Part shown: positions 61,218 to 64,000 of the stretch, piece after piece
Layout of the letters: every line of letters begins with the position of its first letter
How positions within the stretch are numbered: position 1 is the first letter of the stretch
Origin: an uncultured candidatus Porisulfidus sp.
GTDB taxonomy: Bacteria; Pseudomonadota; Gammaproteobacteria; Poriferisulfidales; Poriferisulfidaceae
Direction: 5' to 3'
Assembly (NCBI GenBank): GCA_965116025.1
Contig: OZ220480.1
Location: forward strand, 1,312,001-1,376,000
Length of the DNA: 64,000 nt
Made by a program: the position numbers and the translations under genes
Notes under the pieces: model-generated
Database searches by the model: none
The model's input: only the letters and a program-made list of their open reading frames with translations
Told to the model about the DNA's origin: nothing

Positions 61218-63410
61218 ATGAACGAAAGCCATTTTATAACGAACCCGACCCCCGTGCGTTTCCTCCGCCGCTGTGGCCCATCCTTTCGATGGGGGAGCGT
61301 GGCCGCGCTCGTTTTGCTGACGGGTTGCGGAGAGACCTGGAACGATCCTCGCGGAGAGGACCGAAAATCCGGGTCCGTGCTGTATTCCTCGTTCAGTGAC
61401 CGGCCCCAGTTTTTGGATCCGGCCCGCTCTTACACTTCGACTTCGTACGGCTTCATTCAGCAGATCTACGAGCCGCCGATGGCCTACCATTACTTGAAGC
61501 GGCCCTACGAGTTGGTCGCCCTGTCCGCGGAGCGCATGCCGGAGGTTCGGTTTTTGGATGAGCGCGGTGCCGAGCTGCCGCTTGGAGTTTCGGCCCAAGA
61601 CGTGGCGTACACCGAATACTTGATTGATGTCAAGCCGGGCATCCGCTATCAACCGCACCCAGCGCTGGCGCGTCGGGAGGACGGGAGCTACCGTTACCAC
61701 GACCTGACGGAAGCGGACCTCGAATCGATCAACGCGCTCGCGGATTTCCCGCATGTCGGGAGCCGCGAGCTTGTGGCCGAGGATTTCGTCTACCAGATCA
61801 AGCGATTGGCTGATCCTCGCCGACACTGCCCGATCGCCGGGATTATCGCCGAGTACATTGAGGGTTTCGCCGAGTTTCGAGCGCGGATCCAGGACGCGCC
61901 GGATACCCCCATGGACTTGCGCGGCCTGTCGATGTCTGGCGTGGAATCCCTGTCGCGGTACCGCTATCGGATTCGCCTGAAAGGCACCTATCCCCAGTTC
62001 ATTTACTGGCTGGCCATGCCGTTCTTCTCGCCGATGCCGTGGGAGGCGGACGTGTTCCATGAGCGGCCCGGCATGGCGCGGCGCAACCTGACTCTGCATT
62101 GGTACCCGATCGGCACCGGTCCCTACATGCTGACCGAGAACAACCCGAACCTGCGGATGGTGCTGGAGCGCAATCCGAATTTCCGAGGACAGCCGTATCC
62201 GAGCGAGGGAGAGCCAGGAGACGAGGAGAAGGGATTCCTGGAAGATCAAGGGCGCGTCATGCCATTCATAGACCGGGCGGTGTTCAGTCTGGAGAAGGAG
62301 AGCATTCCGCGCTGGAGCAAGTTCCTGCAAGGTTACTATGACATTTCCGGGATTGGATCGGACAGCTTCGATCAGGCCATCGAATATGGCGGTGGTGGGG
62401 AGGTGGGGCTGACCGACGAGATGGAGGAGAAAGGGATCCAGCTGCGCACGGCGGTCGATCTCACCGTGTTCTACATGGGCTTCAACATGCTGGACCCGGT
62501 GGTGGGAGGGTACGGCGAGCGAAATCGGTTGCTGCGCCGGGCGATATCCATCGCGGTGGACTATGAGGAGCACGTCTCGATTTTCAGTAACGGGCGCGGG
62601 ATCCCGGGGCAAGGGCCGTTGCCGCCGCAGATCTTCGGAGTTCGCGAGGGCGAGGCCGGAATCAACCCCTATGTGTATCGCTGGGAAGACGGCAGGGCGG
62701 TCCGGCGTGGTATCGAGGAGGCGCGAGAGCTGATGCGGCGAGCGGGTTACCAAGACGGCATCGACCAAGAGACGGGCAAGCCGCTGGTGCTGTATTTCGA
62801 GGCGGTTGGCGCTGGGCCGGACACCAAGGCATCGCTGAACTGGCTACGCAAGCAATTCGCCAAGATCGATATCCAACTGGTGATCCGCGCTACGGACTAC
62901 AACCGCTTTCGGGCGAAGATGCGCAAGGGGACCGGGCAGATATTCCAGTGGGGCTGGCACGCGGACTACCCGGATCCGGAGAATTTCCTGTTCTTGCTGT
63001 ACGGACCCAATTCCCAGGTGGATTCCAACGGTCCGAACTCCGCGAACTACAAGAATCCAGAATACGACGCGCTGTTCTCGCGAATGAAGAACATTCCGAA
63101 TGGCGAGCGGCGCCAGCGAATCATCGACCAGATGCTGGAAATTCTCCGCCGTGACGCTCCTTGGTCCTGGGGCTTTCATCCGGTCAGCTACATCCTGTCG
63201 CATCAGTGGGTGCATAACAACAAGCCGACGACCATGTCCTACAACACGCTCAAGTATCGGCGCATTGATGCTGACGCGCGCGAGGAGGCGGTCCAGAGAT
63301 GGAACCGCCCGACGGTCTGGCCGCTTTGGGCGGGACTAGCGGCGCTGACGCTCTTGGTTTTGCCTGCCTTGATCGGATTCTTCCGCCGCGAGCGGGAGCG
63401 CGGCCGATGA
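61218..63410 (+). CDS. Peptide ABC transporter substrate-binding lipoprotein (family 5)
   Basis: LLTGC lipobox, LDPARSY, PIGTGPY, GWHADYPDPENF; C-terminal TM helix. Confidence 0.9.
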   Translation: MNESHFITNPTPVRFLRRCGPSFRWGSVAALVLLTGCGETWNDPRGEDRKSGSVLYSSFSDRPQFLDPARSYTSTSYGFIQQIYEPPMAYHYLKRPYELVALSAERMPEVRFLDERGAELPLGVSAQDVAYTEYLIDVKPGIRYQPHPALARREDGSYRYHDLTEADLESINALADFPHVGSRELVAEDFVYQIKRLADPRRHCPIAGIIAEYIEGFAEFRARIQDAPDTPMDLRGLSMSGVESLSRYRYRIRLKGTYPQFIYWLAMPFFSPMPWEADVFHERPGMARRNLTLHWYPIGTGPYMLTENNPNLRMVLERNPNFRGQPYPSEGEPGDEEKGFLEDQGRVMPFIDRAVFSLEKESIPRWSKFLQGYYDISGIGSDSFDQAIEYGGGGEVGLTDEMEEKGIQLRTAVDLTVFYMGFNMLDPVVGGYGERNRLLRRAISIAVDYEEHVSIFSNGRGIPGQGPLPPQIFGVREGEAGINPYVYRWEDGRAVRRGIEEARELMRRAGYQDGIDQETGKPLVLYFEAVGAGPDTKASLNWLRKQFAKIDIQLVIRATDYNRFRAKMRKGTGQIFQWGWHADYPDPENFLFLLYGPNSQVDSNGPNSANYKNPEYDALFSRMKNIPNGERRQRIIDQMLEILRRDAPWSWGFHPVSYILSHQWVHNNKPTTMSYNTLKYRRIDADAREEAVQRWNRPTVWPLWAGLAALTLLVLPALIGFFRRERERGR

Positions 63411-64000
63411 TCGCTTATATCGTTCGCCGGGCGCTGTACGCGATCCCGATCCTGATTGGGGTTAACCTGCTGACGTTCATGCTGTTCTTCGTGGTCAACT
63501 CCCCGGACGAGGTGGCCCGACTGCACCTGGGCGATAAGTACACCACGCAAGAACAGGTGGAGGCGTGGAAGCGCGACCACGGCTACGACCGACCGCTTCT
63601 TTACAATTCCGAAGCGGCCGGGCTGGAGCGACTGACGGACACGATTTTCTATACCAAATCGGCGCGTTTGTTCGTATTCGACTTCGGCAATTCTGACAGC
63701 GGACGAAACATCGGCCACGACATCCGCCAGCGCATGTGGCCGAGTCTGGCGATCGCGGTGCCAAGCCTGCTGCTCGGTCTATTCCTGAACACCACGCTGG
63801 CATTGATGCTGGCGTTCTTTCGAGCGTCCTATCTGGACGTGGGCGGGGTGGTGGTCTGCGTCGTCCTGATGTCGATCTCCAGCCTGTTCTATATTATTGG
63901 TGGGCAGTATCTGGTTGGCAAGCTGTTGCAGCTGGTTCCCATCTCTGGCTACGACACCGGGTTCGAAGCTACAAAGTTCTTGATCCTCCCGGTCATCATC
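63407..64000 (+). CDS. Peptide ABC transporter permease (partial)
   Basis: MIAYIVRRALYAIPILIGVNLLTF..FDFGNS..RMWPSL; ATGA overlap; runs off the window. Confidence 0.88.
   Translation, partial: MIAYIVRRALYAIPILIGVNLLTFMLFFVVNSPDEVARLHLGDKYTTQEQVEAWKRDHGYDRPLLYNSEAAGLERLTDTIFYTKSARLFVFDFGNSDSGRNIGHDIRQRMWPSLAIAVPSLLLGLFLNTTLALMLAFFRASYLDVGGVVVCVVLMSISSLFYIIGGQYLVGKLLQLVPISGYDTGFEATKFLILPVII

Noticed and set aside
60396-62768. 790-aa FabI fusion and 831-aa SBP extension
   Set aside because: Extensions are antisense to the divergent neighbour; true starts are 61184 and about 61218
63300-63410. C-terminal TM helix on the ABC substrate-binding lipoprotein
   Set aside because: Recalled as a common feature of this fabI-linked subfamily, not novel

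Overview
GC-rich chromosomal window from a probable gammaproteobacterium, inferred from gene order. Sel1 and RTX repeat proteins plus many restriction systems hint at a host-associated lifestyle, which is inference only. Core blocks are pdxH-yafS-rnhA-dnaQ, smpB, corB-fdhD, katG, rplY-pth-ychF, tRNA-Leu-tig-clpP-clpX-lon-hupB-tRNA-Val-tRNA-Asp-ppiD, fabI and a peptide ABC transporter. Accessory blocks: (1) 1-12.4 kb defence island with a PLD-like gene plus SF2 helicase, a giant exonuclease-RecQ-UvrD fusion, an intact IS30 element that creates a hybrid promoter, and GmrSD. (2) A Sel1 protein and an EBP/sterol-isomerase-like + SDR + SRPBCC module divergent from a TonB-dependent receptor. (3) A restriction block with an m6A methylase, a PLD endonuclease and an MTase-HNH fusion. 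(4) An 11-gene plasmid/ICE-type type IV pilus operon with T4a-like pilin leaders and no conjugation genes in the window, followed by a CPBP protease flanked by two related GGTCAC-N6-GTGACC palindromes with IHF-like sites, and two RTX-only proteins with the same C-terminus. (5) A decayed type ISP restriction gene and a vapBC module between ppiD/gltP and fabI. All calls come from motif recognition by eye; no searches were run.
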